Source: an uncultured Arcobacteraceae bacterium
GTDB lineage: Bacteria; Campylobacterota; Campylobacteria; Campylobacterales; Arcobacteraceae
Assembly: GCA_964022095.1 (NCBI GenBank)
Contig: CAXHZO010000001.1
Span: forward strand, 160,001-224,000
Direction: 5' to 3'
DNA: 64,000 nt
The first letter of the stretch is position 1. The number at the start of each line of letters is the position of its first letter. The position numbers and the translations under genes are program-made. Under the pieces are notes generated by a model. The model saw only the letters and a program-made list of their open reading frames with translations. It searched no databases and was not told the DNA's origin. This document shows positions 50,809-61,353 of this stretch, piece after piece.

Positions 50809-52827
50809 TTAAAGTTTTTTATCAGAGTTATCTTCAGTATTTGAATCTTCATTTTCTTCACTAACTTCTGATTTTTCATCATTTAAAGCTTCTGTATGTA
50901 AGTCTTCATCTTCAAACACAGTTCCACCATTTTCTTTAATGATTTCTCTTACTCTTTCCCCTGATATAACTTCAATTTCTAATAACTCTTTTGTCATTTG
51001 TTCAATTGCATCTTTACTATTTTCAAGAGTATTAATTACAACTTCATATCTTTCATTTAATATTTTTTTAATATAGTCATCAAGATTTTTAGCCATATCA
51101 TCAGAGAAGTCTTTTTGAGTTTGTCCACCTAAGAATTGGTTACTTCTTTTTTCTAAAACCATTAATCCAGCAATATCACTCATTCCGTAAACAGATGCCA
51201 TAGACTTAATAATATCAGTTGCACGCTCTAAATCATTTCCTGCCCCTGTACTAATTTCACCAATAAATACTTGCTCAGCAGCACGTCCTCCAAGTAAAAC
51301 ATCAACTTCAGCTATTAGCTCATGCTTTTGCATTAAGTATTTGTTTTCTTCTGGAGTATTTAATGTATACCCAAGTGCGGCTAAACCTCTTGGAACAATA
51401 GATACTTTATTTACTTTTTTAGCACCTTTTGTAACTTCTGCTATTAATGCATGACCTGATTCGTGATATGCAACAATTTCTCTTTCTTTTGGAGAAATTC
51501 TTCTTGATTTTTTCTCTAAACCAGCAATTTGTCTCTCTACTGCTTCTTTGAAATCTTCAGGATCAACTTGTTCTTTTGAAGCACGTCCTGCTAAAAGTGC
51601 TGCTTCATTAATGATATTTGCTAAATCTGCACCTGCAAGTCCTGCAGTCATTTTTGCAATCTCTTTTAAATCAACATTTTTCCCAAGTTTCACTTCTTTA
51701 ATATGTACTTTTAAAATTTCAACTCTACCTTCATAATCAGGTTTATCAACTAAAACTTGTCTATCAAATCTTCCTGGTCTTAATAATGCAGGATCAAGTA
51801 CTTCTGGTCTATTAGTTGCAGCTAATACAATAACTGGTGCCGCTTCTGTTGAGAAACCATCCATTTCAGCAAGTAATTGATTTAGAGTTTGTTCTCTTTC
51901 ATCATTTCCACCCATAGGACCACCACTTGCTCTACTTTTACCAATTGCATCAATTTCATCAATAAAAATAATAGCAGGTGCTACTTTTTTAGCTTGTTCA
52001 AATAAGTCTCTAACTCTTGAAGCACCAACTCCAACAAACATTTCAATAAATGCTGAACCTGAAACAGATAAGAACTCTACATTTGCTTCACCAGCAACTG
52101 CTTTTGCAAGTAATGTTTTACCAGTTCCAGGAGGTCCTACTAAAAGAACACCTTTAGGAATTTGAGCTCCAAGTTTTACATATCTTTCTGGATCTGATAA
52201 GAAATCAACTACTTCTTGAACTTCTTCTTTAGCTTCTTTATTACCAGCCATATCTTCAAATTTTACATTAGGTTTTTCAGAATTAATCATCTTTTTAGAT
52301 GACCCGATTCCAAGAAGGCCACCGCCTCCTCCTCCACCCATAGATTTTTGCATTCTTTTTGCAATAAACATCCAAATAGCAAAGAAAATAAAGATTGGTA
52401 AGACCCATCCAAATAAAATATCTGCTAATACATTTTCTTCATTAATACCACCATATGCAATTGCATTTTTTTCTAATGTTGGTATTAATGTCTCATCTGG
52501 TACTACTCTTCTTGCTGTATAAGTAGTCACTTGTCCTGCTGTATTTTTAGAAACTGCTTTTATTTGTGTGTTTCCAATTCCTACATACTCAATTTTTCCA
52601 GAGCTAATAAGCTTTTTTAAATCAGAATATGCAATTGTTTTATTTGCAGTTTGCCCAAATGCACTAACATTTTGATTACCAGTATTTCCCATTTGATTTT
52701 CTGGGAATATTGTTTTGAATACAAATATTGTAACTATTGAAAAAATTACAAAAATTAATAATGGGTTATTATTAAAAAAGTTGTTATTGTCACCATTATT
52801 ATTGTTATTGTCTTGTTTTTTAGCCAT
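50809..52827 (-). CDS. ftsH: ATP-dependent zinc metalloprotease FtsH
   Basis: [22 protein letters not shown] and HESGH motifs. Confidence 0.97.
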   Translation of the reverse strand: MAKKQDNNNNNGDNNNFFNNNPLLIFVIFSIVTIFVFKTIFPENQMGNTGNQNVSAFGQTANKTIAYSDLKKLISSGKIEYVGIGNTQIKAVSKNTAGQVTTYTARRVVPDETLIPTLEKNAIAYGGINEENVLADILFGWVLPIFIFFAIWMFIAKRMQKSMGGGGGGGLLGIGSSKKMINSEKPNVKFEDMAGNKEAKEEVQEVVDFLSDPERYVKLGAQIPKGVLLVGPPGTGKTLLAKAVAGEANVEFLSVSGSAFIEMFVGVGASRVRDLFEQAKKVAPAIIFIDEIDAIGKSRASGGPMGGNDEREQTLNQLLAEMDGFSTEAAPVIVLAATNRPEVLDPALLRPGRFDRQVLVDKPDYEGRVEILKVHIKEVKLGKNVDLKEIAKMTAGLAGADLANIINEAALLAGRASKEQVDPEDFKEAVERQIAGLEKKSRRISPKEREIVAYHESGHALIAEVTKGAKKVNKVSIVPRGLAALGYTLNTPEENKYLMQKHELIAEVDVLLGGRAAEQVFIGEISTGAGNDLERATDIIKSMASVYGMSDIAGLMVLEKRSNQFLGGQTQKDFSDDMAKNLDDYIKKILNERYEVVINTLENSKDAIEQMTKELLEIEVISGERVREIIKENGGTVFEDEDLHTEALNDEKSEVSEENEDSNTEDNSDKKL

Positions 52828-52840
52828 TAACTAAAACTCC

Positions 52841-53650
52841 TTATTTATTTTTAAAAACTACAGTCATCCATTCATTTTTATGAATAATTTCTAACTGCTC
52901 TAAATCTTCAAATTTTTTTAAAACTTTATCAATGTGTTTATCTAATATTCCTGAGATTATTAATATACTATTTTCATTTAATCGTTTTTTTAAATCTTTT
53001 GAAATCATAACTAACACATCAGCAACGATATTTGCAATTACAACATCATATTTTTTCTGTGTTTTACTAACAGATCCAATCCAAGAGTCATTAAACTCTA
53101 TAGAGTTTAATTGTGCATTTGATAAAGAGTCTTTAATACAAACTTCATCGGTATCACAAACATCAACAATTGCATTCTTTTTAGCTGCAGCAATAGATAA
53201 TATACCACTACCACATCCTACATCAACAACTGTATCTCCAGATTGTAAATACCTATCAATTGCATCAATACACGATGAAGTCGTTTCATGATGACCTGAA
53301 CCAAAAGATAAAGCTGGATTGATAATAATATCTAATTTTCCTTGTTTTTTCTCTTCCCATGATGGTCTAATAAAAAAGTTTCCAATTTCGATAGATTTAA
53401 CAGAATCTTGATACTGTTTTATCCAATCAATATTCTCTTTTTTTTCTATAGTAATACTACAGTTTATATTTGTTGCTTCACAAAACTTTTCAATACCTAA
53501 TTTAACATCAGATAAGTCTTCTTCGCTTCTTGCTATTATTGAACCATCAGATTCTTCAATAGCTTCGTTTGTTAGTGCTGTTAATAGATCTAAAAAAACT
53601 TCATAGTTTGAAGTTGGTTTTATTATTAACTCAAAATAATATTCAGACAA
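52841..53650 (-). CDS. prmA: Ribosomal protein L11 methyltransferase
   Basis: PALSFGSGHHETT, DVGCGSGIL and ANI motifs; TTG start. Confidence 0.93.
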   Translation of the reverse strand: MSEYYFELIIKPTSNYEVFLDLLTALTNEAIEESDGSIIARSEEDLSDVKLGIEKFCEATNINCSITIEKKENIDWIKQYQDSVKSIEIGNFFIRPSWEEKKQGKLDIIINPALSFGSGHHETTSSCIDAIDRYLQSGDTVVDVGCGSGILSIAAAKKNAIVDVCDTDEVCIKDSLSNAQLNSIEFNDSWIGSVSKTQKKYDVVIANIVADVLVMISKDLKKRLNENSILIISGILDKHIDKVLKKFEDLEQLEIIHKNEWMTVVFKNK

Positions 53651-53743
53651 AAATTTCCTTTATATTTAACAAATAATAATTAATAAAAATTATATAAAGT
53701 TTAATATTTTATCTAAATATCTTTTGAGAATAATTAAATGTAG

Positions 53744-54676
53744 TTAAAAGAAGTTCTCTATCATATCTCTCATTACTTGAGGATCAGAAATTCTATTAAT
53801 AATATCTCTAAATTCATTGGCACCAGTGTACCCTTTAGAGTATGAATGTAAAAGCTTTCTAAACATTACTGTACCATGTACACCATGGAATTTTAGTACT
53901 GCATCGTAATGTTCTAAAATTATCTCTTTTTTCTTTTCTTCATCAATATCTTCAACACCATGTTTTAATTGATAAAATACCCATGGCTTTCCAATTGAAC
54001 CTCGTCCAATCATAACTCCATCTGCATTAGTATATTGTAAAACTTGTTTTGCTTTTTCGTAATCTTTAATATCACCATTTGCAATAACAGGAATTGAAAC
54101 TGCTTCTTTCATAGCTTTAATTGCATCATAATCAACTGGTGCTTTATATTTTCCAGCTCTTGTTCTTCCATGCACAGATACAAAATCAACTCCACAAGCT
54201 TCTACTGCTTTGCCAATATCAACAGGGATTTTTTCATTTACACCTAATCTTACTTTTGCACTTGTGTATTGCTTTTTAGAATACTTTTTAACTGTAGATA
54301 AAATCTCTTCTAATTTGTCTAGATCACCTAAAAGGTTTGAACCTGAACCATGATTAAAAACTTTTGGTGCTGGACACCCACAGTTTAAATCAATTCCATC
54401 AATACCTTCAACATCATTTAAAATTTCAACAGCTTCTCTTACAAGTTCAGGTTTATTTCCTGCAATTTGTACAAAATAAGGGTCTTCACTAGGTGATTTT
54501 TCTATCATTTTTAAAGTTTTTGCTGATTTGTAAACTAATGCATTTGAAGATATCATTTCTGATATTGTTAAATCTGCACCAAACTTCTTTACTACAGATC
54601 TAAAGGGTAAGTCAGTGTACCCAGCAAGTGGAGCAAGCACAATAAGTGGCTTGCTAAAATCTAATTTTTTATTCAT
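53744..54676 (-). CDS. dusB: tRNA-dihydrouridine synthase (DusB-like)
   Basis: LAPLAG, DLNCGCP, HGRT, NGDI and GVMIGRG motifs. Confidence 0.88.
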   Translation of the reverse strand: MNKKLDFSKPLIVLAPLAGYTDLPFRSVVKKFGADLTISEMISSNALVYKSAKTLKMIEKSPSEDPYFVQIAGNKPELVREAVEILNDVEGIDGIDLNCGCPAPKVFNHGSGSNLLGDLDKLEEILSTVKKYSKKQYTSAKVRLGVNEKIPVDIGKAVEACGVDFVSVHGRTRAGKYKAPVDYDAIKAMKEAVSIPVIANGDIKDYEKAKQVLQYTNADGVMIGRGSIGKPWVFYQLKHGVEDIDEEKKKEIILEHYDAVLKFHGVHGTVMFRKLLHSYSKGYTGANEFRDIINRISDPQVMRDMIENFF

Positions 54677-55689
54677 TATTTGTAAGAAATTGCCTCTAAA
54701 TTATATTGTTTACCTGCTTCTTTTAAATCAAGTAATGCTTTAAATGCAGTAAACTCTTCTTCCCTAGTTCCAGAGATAACTTCTCTTACTTTTTCAATCA
54801 TTTCATATTCACATAAAACATGTAAGTATGCTGGAGTTGCATCTTCTAATTCATTTGATAGTTTTTCAAATAAAGAGATGATTTGATCAGGTTGTAAAAT
54901 TGTTTCATAATTTTTTGCTAAAGCAATATAATCTTCAGTTTTATAATCTAACTCTTTTACTATTTTTAAAATCTCTTCAGTTGTAAATCCAAACTCATTA
55001 TTAGCTGCATCTTTTTCAAAAAGTTTTTTAGCTAATTGTTTATCTAGTTTAATATTTTTGTAAAGTTTTTTTACTGTTGTCATTGTTTTTTCATTTAAAA
55101 CTTTATCAAAAGCATGTCTTGCAACATTATTTGGATAGTTTTCACTTTTCTTAACAACATCTACTGCAAAGTCAACTTGTTCATTAATTTTATTTAATAA
55201 ATTAAGATTAGCAAACTCTGATGTTTCACTTAGTTTTAATGTTTTATCATTAACAAATTTACCATTTCTAATATCTTGGATATATGCAACAATCTTATTT
55301 AAATCTTCATCTGTAGAAGAGAATGTTTCATCTTTTACTGTAAAGTTAAATTGAGAAAGAATCTTTGAAAGACTTTTAAAACCTTGAGTTTTAAATTTCT
55401 TGTTGTTATTTTTACCTAATAAATTTGACTTTAATAAGTTAATCATAGTTTCATGATCTTTTCTAACTGCTCTTGATTTAAATATATTTATTAAACCATA
55501 AAAAACTATATGCCCTATAGTTGCAATAAATAAAAATGCTAATGGTAATATTAACCATACTGCAACTGGTAAGTTAACAGAAATATCTAAAACTGTAATT
55601 TTGTAATGACCTAGTTCTAAACTAAATGCATAACCATAAACAGCTACAATGAAAATTATTGAAAAAACAACATATTTTTTAAAACCCAT
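54676..55689 (-). CDS. Hypothetical membrane-anchored protein
   Basis: Two N-terminal TM helices and a helical soluble domain; 337-aa ORF in the operon. Confidence 0.7.
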   Translation of the reverse strand: MGFKKYVVFSIIFIVAVYGYAFSLELGHYKITVLDISVNLPVAVWLILPLAFLFIATIGHIVFYGLINIFKSRAVRKDHETMINLLKSNLLGKNNNKKFKTQGFKSLSKILSQFNFTVKDETFSSTDEDLNKIVAYIQDIRNGKFVNDKTLKLSETSEFANLNLLNKINEQVDFAVDVVKKSENYPNNVARHAFDKVLNEKTMTTVKKLYKNIKLDKQLAKKLFEKDAANNEFGFTTEEILKIVKELDYKTEDYIALAKNYETILQPDQIISLFEKLSNELEDATPAYLHVLCEYEMIEKVREVISGTREEEFTAFKALLDLKEAGKQYNLEAISYK

Positions 55690-55713
55690 AATTAAAATCC
55701 TCTCTTTATTCTA

Positions 55714-56067
55714 CTACTTCTCAACCTCATAAATCTCTCTACATGGTGTACAAAACTTTGCAAAAGGCTTAGCTCTAAGTCTTCCAATTGCAATAGTTTC
55801 ATCACACATATCACAGATTCCGTAAGTACCTTTTTGTATTCTTACTAATGCATCTTCAATTTCACCAAGCTCTTTTATTTGTTGGTTTGCGATAATTCCT
55901 TCTTTGAAACTATCACTTGAAACTTCTGCGTAATCATATTCATCATTACACTCTGAGTTCTTTAAAGAATCAATACTCTCTCTACTTCCCTCGATATTAC
56001 TTGTGATTAACTCTTTTCTCTTTAATAGAATCTCTTTTAATTCATCTATTTGCTTTGAATTTGGCAC
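55714..56067 (-). CDS. dksA: RNA polymerase-binding protein DksA
   Basis: Coiled coil with DEYD tip; GTYGICDMC...RLRAKP...CTPC zinc finger; GTG start. Confidence 0.9.
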   Translation of the reverse strand: MPNSKQIDELKEILLKRKELITSNIEGSRESIDSLKNSECNDEYDYAEVSSDSFKEGIIANQQIKELGEIEDALVRIQKGTYGICDMCDETIAIGRLRAKPFAKFCTPCREIYEVEK

Positions 56068-56117
56068 ATTTTACCCTTATTAAAAAAATTTCGACATTAT
56101 ACAGAAAATATAATAAA

Positions 56118-56576
56118 TTATTTATGATAAGGATGGTTATTTTGTATACTAAGTGCTCTATAGATCTGCTCAGCCAACATTACATTAACTATTTTGTGAG
56201 CCATTGTTAAATCACTTAAAGATATTATACTATCACATTTCTTTAAAAACTCTCTTTGAAAGCCAAAAGCGCCACCAATAAAATAATTTATTTCATTTTT
56301 ACCCTCAATTAGTTTTGAAAAAGCAAAAGTATCTACTCTTTTACCCAAAACATCAAGTGCTATGTTATAACCTTTTAATAATGGTTCATAAGCTTCTGAA
56401 TATGCAATTTGAGACTCTTTTTCACCTATTGTTTGTGCTTTTGAGATAGTTTTATTAAAAATATAGTGTATTTCTATTTTTGCATATTTTGATGACATTT
56501 TTAAAAATTCTTTAATAATAGAGTCAAATTCATCTTTTGATGGTTTTAAAATAGTATAAATATTAATCTTAATCAT
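56118..56576 (-). CDS. rlmH: 23S rRNA pseudouridine-1915 N3-methyltransferase
   Basis: FIGGAFG, SLSDLTMAH, EQIYRA and HPYHK motifs. Confidence 0.93.
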   Translation of the reverse strand: MIKINIYTILKPSKDEFDSIIKEFLKMSSKYAKIEIHYIFNKTISKAQTIGEKESQIAYSEAYEPLLKGYNIALDVLGKRVDTFAFSKLIEGKNEINYFIGGAFGFQREFLKKCDSIISLSDLTMAHKIVNVMLAEQIYRALSIQNNHPYHK

Positions 56577-57174
56577 AAAAAGCACTTCCTACAACATTAA
56601 ATTTAATATTTTCAATGTCATCACTTGCTTTAACTCCACCAATTGCACAAACAGGGTGTTTAGAGATTTTTGCTAAATAACTTATTTTATCACCTAATAT
56701 AGTTGATACATCTTTTGTATTAGTAGTTTTATAAGCACCAAGACCGATCATATCTAAAGGCAAAGTATTTGCTTCTAAAATCTCTTTTTCATTATGTGTC
56801 GATAGACCTAAAAGTTTATCTTTTATCTTTATTCTAATTAATTTTATTGCTAATTTTTTATCTTTGTGTATTTTTTCAAAATCTTCTTGACCTAAATGCA
56901 AGCCATCTGCATACTGTATTAATTCAATTTTATCATTTATAATAATTGGTATATTTAAACTATTTTTTAAATATAAAAGATTGTTTTTTTGCTCATCAAT
57001 AGAAGATATTTTATCTCTATATTGAACTAACTTTACATCTTTTTCATGACATAATTGAACAAATTTTTCTAATGTTATTGATTTTTTTTGCAGTGTTTCA
57101 TAGTCACATAAAACATACAAGTAATTAAAAGCCTTAAGTTCGAAACCTAAGGCTTTTTCAAAGTTTGTTAACAT
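56569..57174 (-). CDS. thiE: Thiamine phosphate synthase-family protein
   Basis: QYRDK, IIND, GLHLGQED, GLSTHN and AIGG motifs. Confidence 0.8.
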   Translation of the reverse strand: MLTNFEKALGFELKAFNYLYVLCDYETLQKKSITLEKFVQLCHEKDVKLVQYRDKISSIDEQKNNLLYLKNSLNIPIIINDKIELIQYADGLHLGQEDFEKIHKDKKLAIKLIRIKIKDKLLGLSTHNEKEILEANTLPLDMIGLGAYKTTNTKDVSTILGDKISYLAKISKHPVCAIGGVKASDDIENIKFNVVGSAFYD

Positions 57175-57178
57175 TTTT

Positions 57179-58048
57179 TTAGTTAGCTACTTTTTCTTTT
57201 GAGAACATTTTTAAAAGATCAGATAAAGTCTTTTTCATATCACTTCTATTAACAACCATATCAATAGAACCTTTTTCAAGTAAGAATTCAGCTCTTTGGA
57301 ATCCTTCAGGTAAATCTGCACCAATAGTTTGTTTAATAACTCTTTGCCCAGCAAATCCTATTAAAGCACCTGGTTCTGCCATGATAATATCACCTAAGAA
57401 TGCAAATGAAGCAGAAACTCCACCCATTGTAGGATCAGTTAAAATTGAAATATATGGAAGCTTAGCATGGTCTAATCTTTTTAATGCAGCTGAAGTCTTT
57501 GCCATTTGCATTAATGCAAAAGTTGACTCTTGCATTCTAGCCCCACCAGAAGCTGAAACAATTATTAAACCTTGATGTTTTTCAATTGCTCTATTTACAG
57601 CTCTTACAATTTTTTCACCTTCAACAGAACCTAAAGATCCTCCCATAAATGAGAAATCAAATACAGCAAGTTGTACACCAGCACCATTAATAGTAGCTTC
57701 ACCACTAAGAACAGATGATGTTCTTCCTGTTTTCTTTTCTGCTTCTTGAACTCTTTTTTTATAAGACATTTTATCTACAAATTTTAAAGGATCGTTTGGC
57801 TTTAAATCAGCATCGTATTCAACAAAACTTCCCTCATCAGTTATAATCTCAATTCTTCTTTTTGCCCCAATTCTCATATGAAAATTACATTTTGGACAAA
57901 TGTTATTTTGATTTTCTACCTCTTTAAAAAACATCAAAGCACTACACTCTGGACATTTAATCCAATGTGTAGGTGCATCTTTTTTTGTTGGCTGCTCTTT
58001 TGAACTACTTTCAAAAGAAATCTTACTAAATAGGTTTTTTAAATCCAT
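57179..58048 (-). CDS. accD: Acetyl-CoA carboxylase carboxyltransferase beta subunit
   Basis: WIKCPEC...CPKC, FMGGSLG, SGGARMQE and GFAGQRVI motifs. Confidence 0.97.
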   Translation of the reverse strand: MDLKNLFSKISFESSSKEQPTKKDAPTHWIKCPECSALMFFKEVENQNNICPKCNFHMRIGAKRRIEIITDEGSFVEYDADLKPNDPLKFVDKMSYKKRVQEAEKKTGRTSSVLSGEATINGAGVQLAVFDFSFMGGSLGSVEGEKIVRAVNRAIEKHQGLIIVSASGGARMQESTFALMQMAKTSAALKRLDHAKLPYISILTDPTMGGVSASFAFLGDIIMAEPGALIGFAGQRVIKQTIGADLPEGFQRAEFLLEKGSIDMVVNRSDMKKTLSDLLKMFSKEKVAN

Positions 58049-58066
58049 ATCAATCCTTTAATCTAA

Positions 58067-59275
58067 TTAAATATTCTCAAATTTTTCTAATTCATTAAGT
58101 TTTTCCCAAGGATAATCACCTTGTCCAACTTGTCCTCTTGCAGCAACATCTGCATAAAGGAATGTATCTTTACTTGGCTTATCTAAACCAAATTTTTCAG
58201 TAATCCATCTTGGTGTTAATGGGAAAGTACTCATTACAAACTCTGATAATTTATCATCATCAAATTTTGTATAAGTTCCCATTGTATCTACTGCAATAGA
58301 AGTTGGTTTTGCAACACCAATTGCATATGAAATCTGAACAATTGCTTTTTTTGCAAGTCCAGATGCAACGATATGTTTTGCAATCCAACGAGCAGCATAT
58401 AATCCACTTCTATCAACTTTTGTATAATCTTTTGAACTTTGAGCTCCACCACCAATTGGTGCATACCCTCCAAAAGAATCAACAATAAGTTTTCTTCCCG
58501 TTAAACCACTATCAAATAGTGAAGAGTGACTAACATATTTTCCTGTTGGATTAATATGTATAATTGTATCATTTTTATCATATAAGTTTGCAGGTAAGCC
58601 TGTATCATCAATTAATGTTTGAATTAATGCTCTTACTTCTTCAATTGGCATTCCCTCTTTTGAAGGTGCACTAACAACTATTGTATGAATTTTTTGAGGT
58701 TTACAGTTTTCAAAGTTTTCTTTTGAACCATAATCTAAAGTTACCTGAGTTTTAATATCAACTCCTAAAGTATCTTTATGAGCTAAGGCATAATTGTAAA
58801 CTTTGTCACTTAACATTCTTGCATAAGTAATAGCAGCTGGCATATACTCATCTGCTTCTATTGAAGCAAATCCGAACATAATACCTTGATCTCCAGCTCC
58901 AATTTCTCCAGTTTCTTGATCTACACCTTGTGAAATATCAGGAGATTGTTGGTTTAATAAAACTTTTACATCTACGTCTTCTGGATATAAACACTGCTCT
59001 TTAGTAAATGCAGATTTTCCATCATAACCAATTTTAATAAGTGCATCTTTTACAAGATCTTCATATTCAGCGTCACTTAAATGACATTTTGACTTCACTT
59101 CCCCACCAATAACAACATGCTTTCCTGCTACAAATACTTCTGAAGCAACTCTTGAGTTTTTATCTTCAATAATTAATTTATCTACAATTGAGTCAGCAAT
59201 TATATCAGCACATTTATCAGGGTGTCCGGGGCTCACAACTTCGCTTGTGAACAAATAGTGTGTATTGTTTTCCAT
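58067..59275 (-). CDS. metK: S-adenosylmethionine synthetase
   Basis: YLFTSEVVSPGHPDK, GAGDQG, DSGLTGRK and KVDRS motifs; probable start is ATG 59275 (MENNTHYLFTSE). Confidence 0.95.
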   Translation of the reverse strand: MENNTHYLFTSEVVSPGHPDKCADIIADSIVDKLIIEDKNSRVASEVFVAGKHVVIGGEVKSKCHLSDAEYEDLVKDALIKIGYDGKSAFTKEQCLYPEDVDVKVLLNQQSPDISQGVDQETGEIGAGDQGIMFGFASIEADEYMPAAITYARMLSDKVYNYALAHKDTLGVDIKTQVTLDYGSKENFENCKPQKIHTIVVSAPSKEGMPIEEVRALIQTLIDDTGLPANLYDKNDTIIHINPTGKYVSHSSLFDSGLTGRKLIVDSFGGYAPIGGGAQSSKDYTKVDRSGLYAARWIAKHIVASGLAKKAIVQISYAIGVAKPTSIAVDTMGTYTKFDDDKLSEFVMSTFPLTPRWITEKFGLDKPSKDTFLYADVAARGQVGQGDYPWEKLNELEKFENI

Positions 59276-59356
59276 TTTTGTTTTCCATCCTTTTGTTTTC
59301 CAGAAGCCTAAGCTCCGTTGTTTTCCATTCTTTTGTTTTCCATTTTTGTTTTCCAA
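59265..59356 (-). repeat. Six TGGAAAACAA direct repeats with a central hairpin in the metK leader
   Basis: Copies start at 59355, 59342, 59327, 59302, 59287 and 59274. Confidence 0.92.
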
Positions 59357-59479
59357 CTAATAATAATTTATATAAGTTAAAAAATAAAATAAAATTTAAA
59401 AGTATGAACTTTAATACTCTTTATACGTATTTATAAAAAGTATTGGATTATATCCAAAACTTTTTAAAATAAATTAATT

Positions 59480-61285
59480 TTATTCTACTGTTACTGATTT
59501 TGCTAGGTTTCTTGGCATATCTACATCATTACCAAGTCTAATAGAAATTTCCATTGAAAGAAGTTGAAGAGCAACTAGCATTTCGAAAAACTCTAACATA
59601 TAGTGATCTGTTTTAGCAGTTTTTATAAAGTCATCTGCAAGTTCAAAATCTAGTGGTGAAATTGCACATATAGTACTATCTCTTGCGCTTAACTCTTCCA
59701 CATTTGATTTAATTTTATCATATAATAAATTTTGAGGCATAAGTGCAATTGTAAATAACTCAGGATCTGCAAGTGCAATTGGTCCATGTTTCATCTCACC
59801 TGCTGGGTAACCTTCTGCGTGTAAGTATGAAATCTCTTTTAATTTTAAAGCACCTTCAAGTGCCAGTGGGAAAAATACATCACGTCCTATGAAGAAAAAT
59901 CCATGTCCATGAAGATATCTTTTTGATAATCTTCTTGTTTTTTCATGAATTTTATCATTTACTACAAGTGATTTTGGAACTTCTCTTAAAGCATGTAACT
60001 CTTCTTGCATTTTCTCTTTTGTAATTACATTTTTAGTTTTTGCAAAACTTAATGCTAACATCCATAAAACAACTGTTTGAGTTGAAAATGCTTTTGTTGA
60101 AGCAACACCTTTTTCAATTCCTGCTCTTGTTAAAATTGTAGCATCAGCAGTTCTAGTCATAGATGAGTTATCAACATTACAAATAACTAATGTTTTTAAT
60201 CCTGCATTTTTTGCCATTTTTAATGCTTCTAAAGTATCAGCTGTTTCACCACTTTGAGAAATAACTACAAATAGCGTATCTTTTGTAAGTAATGGTTCTT
60301 TATATCTAAACTCACTTGCAATTTCAATATTACATTTAACTTTTGAAAGTCTTTCAAATAAATATGAAGCTGTTAATCCTGCATGATAAGAAGTACCACA
60401 AGCACAAATTTTAATTTCATTTATTCCTTCAATTAAAGAAGAATCAATTTCATCAAAATTTATTTCATCATCAGCAATTCTTCCAAGCATACAATCACTT
60501 ACTACATTACTTTGCTCATAAATCTCTTTTTCCATAAAGAATCTAAATCCATCTTTTTGGGCAAATTGTTTAGAATTAGGTAAAGTACTCCATGAGTAAT
60601 CATCACTGAAAAACTCAATTGAATCAGCACTTGCAATTCCTCCAACTCCATCTTCTAAATATACTACCTCATTTCCAAGTCCTATTAAAGGAGCATCAGA
60701 AGATGCAAATAATACTTCATCTTTTTCATTTCCTTTAGCAATAATTAGTGGACTTCCATGTTTAAAGAAAAATACTTTTGTAGGGTCTGCTTTTGTAATA
60801 AGTAAAATCGAAAAAGCACCTTCTAAACTCTCAATAGTTTTTTTGAATGCAGCTGTTGTGTCATTTAATTTATTGTAAAAGTTTTCAAATAAGTGAACAA
60901 TTACTTCTGTATCTGTTTGAGATACAAATTTATGTCCTTTTGAACTTAAATCATCTTTTAACTCTTTATAATTTTCAATAATACCATTATGAACTACATA
61001 TGAATATTCACCTAAGTGAGGATGTGCATTTAATTCTGTTGGCTTACCATGAGTTGCCCATCGTGTATGACCAATACCAATTTCATATTCGTCTTTTGAA
61101 ACACTATCATTAACTTTTTCTTCAAGATTTACCAATTTTCCAAGAGCTTTAAATACATCGATTTTTTCATCTTTTAATACAGCAATCCCTGCACTATCAT
61201 AACCTCTATATTCTAACTCTTTTAATCCATCTAGTAATATCTTAGTAGTCTGTTTTTTACCAATATAGCCAACTATTCCACACAT
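59480..61285 (-). CDS. glmS: Glutamine--fructose-6-phosphate aminotransferase
   Basis: MCGIVG, GHTRWATHG, SQSGETADT and PRNLAKSVTVE motifs. Confidence 0.98.
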   Translation of the reverse strand: MCGIVGYIGKKQTTKILLDGLKELEYRGYDSAGIAVLKDEKIDVFKALGKLVNLEEKVNDSVSKDEYEIGIGHTRWATHGKPTELNAHPHLGEYSYVVHNGIIENYKELKDDLSSKGHKFVSQTDTEVIVHLFENFYNKLNDTTAAFKKTIESLEGAFSILLITKADPTKVFFFKHGSPLIIAKGNEKDEVLFASSDAPLIGLGNEVVYLEDGVGGIASADSIEFFSDDYSWSTLPNSKQFAQKDGFRFFMEKEIYEQSNVVSDCMLGRIADDEINFDEIDSSLIEGINEIKICACGTSYHAGLTASYLFERLSKVKCNIEIASEFRYKEPLLTKDTLFVVISQSGETADTLEALKMAKNAGLKTLVICNVDNSSMTRTADATILTRAGIEKGVASTKAFSTQTVVLWMLALSFAKTKNVITKEKMQEELHALREVPKSLVVNDKIHEKTRRLSKRYLHGHGFFFIGRDVFFPLALEGALKLKEISYLHAEGYPAGEMKHGPIALADPELFTIALMPQNLLYDKIKSNVEELSARDSTICAISPLDFELADDFIKTAKTDHYMLEFFEMLVALQLLSMEISIRLGNDVDMPRNLAKSVTVE

Positions 61286-61353
61286 ACACGTCCTTTTTTG
61301 TAGTTCTTTTTACAGAAAAAATTATATTTAATTATTACTAAATAACTGCTTTT

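Noticed and set aside
52765-52815. Asn-rich low-complexity tract at the FtsH N-terminus
   Set aside because: An in-frame imperfect AAT/AAC run; no sign of phase variation.
59265-59356. metK leader repeats as a CRISPR array
   Set aside because: The repeats are only 10 bp with 3-15 nt spacers, there are no cas genes, and they overlap the start codon.
59276-59356. 27-aa N-terminal extension of MetK from TTG 59356 (ORF track)
   Set aside because: It is just the translated repeats with no clear RBS; MetK homology begins at ATG 59275. Minor use of this start cannot be excluded.
59265-59480. Repeats downstream of glmS as Tn7 end or TnsB sites at attTn7
   Set aside because: No tns genes or recognisable transposon end; the repeats are short, lie over 120 bp from the glmS stop and run into metK. 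The site appears unoccupied.
61286-61353. glmS ribozyme upstream of glmS
   Set aside because: The intergenic region is only 68 bp, AT-rich, and lacks the ribozyme core.
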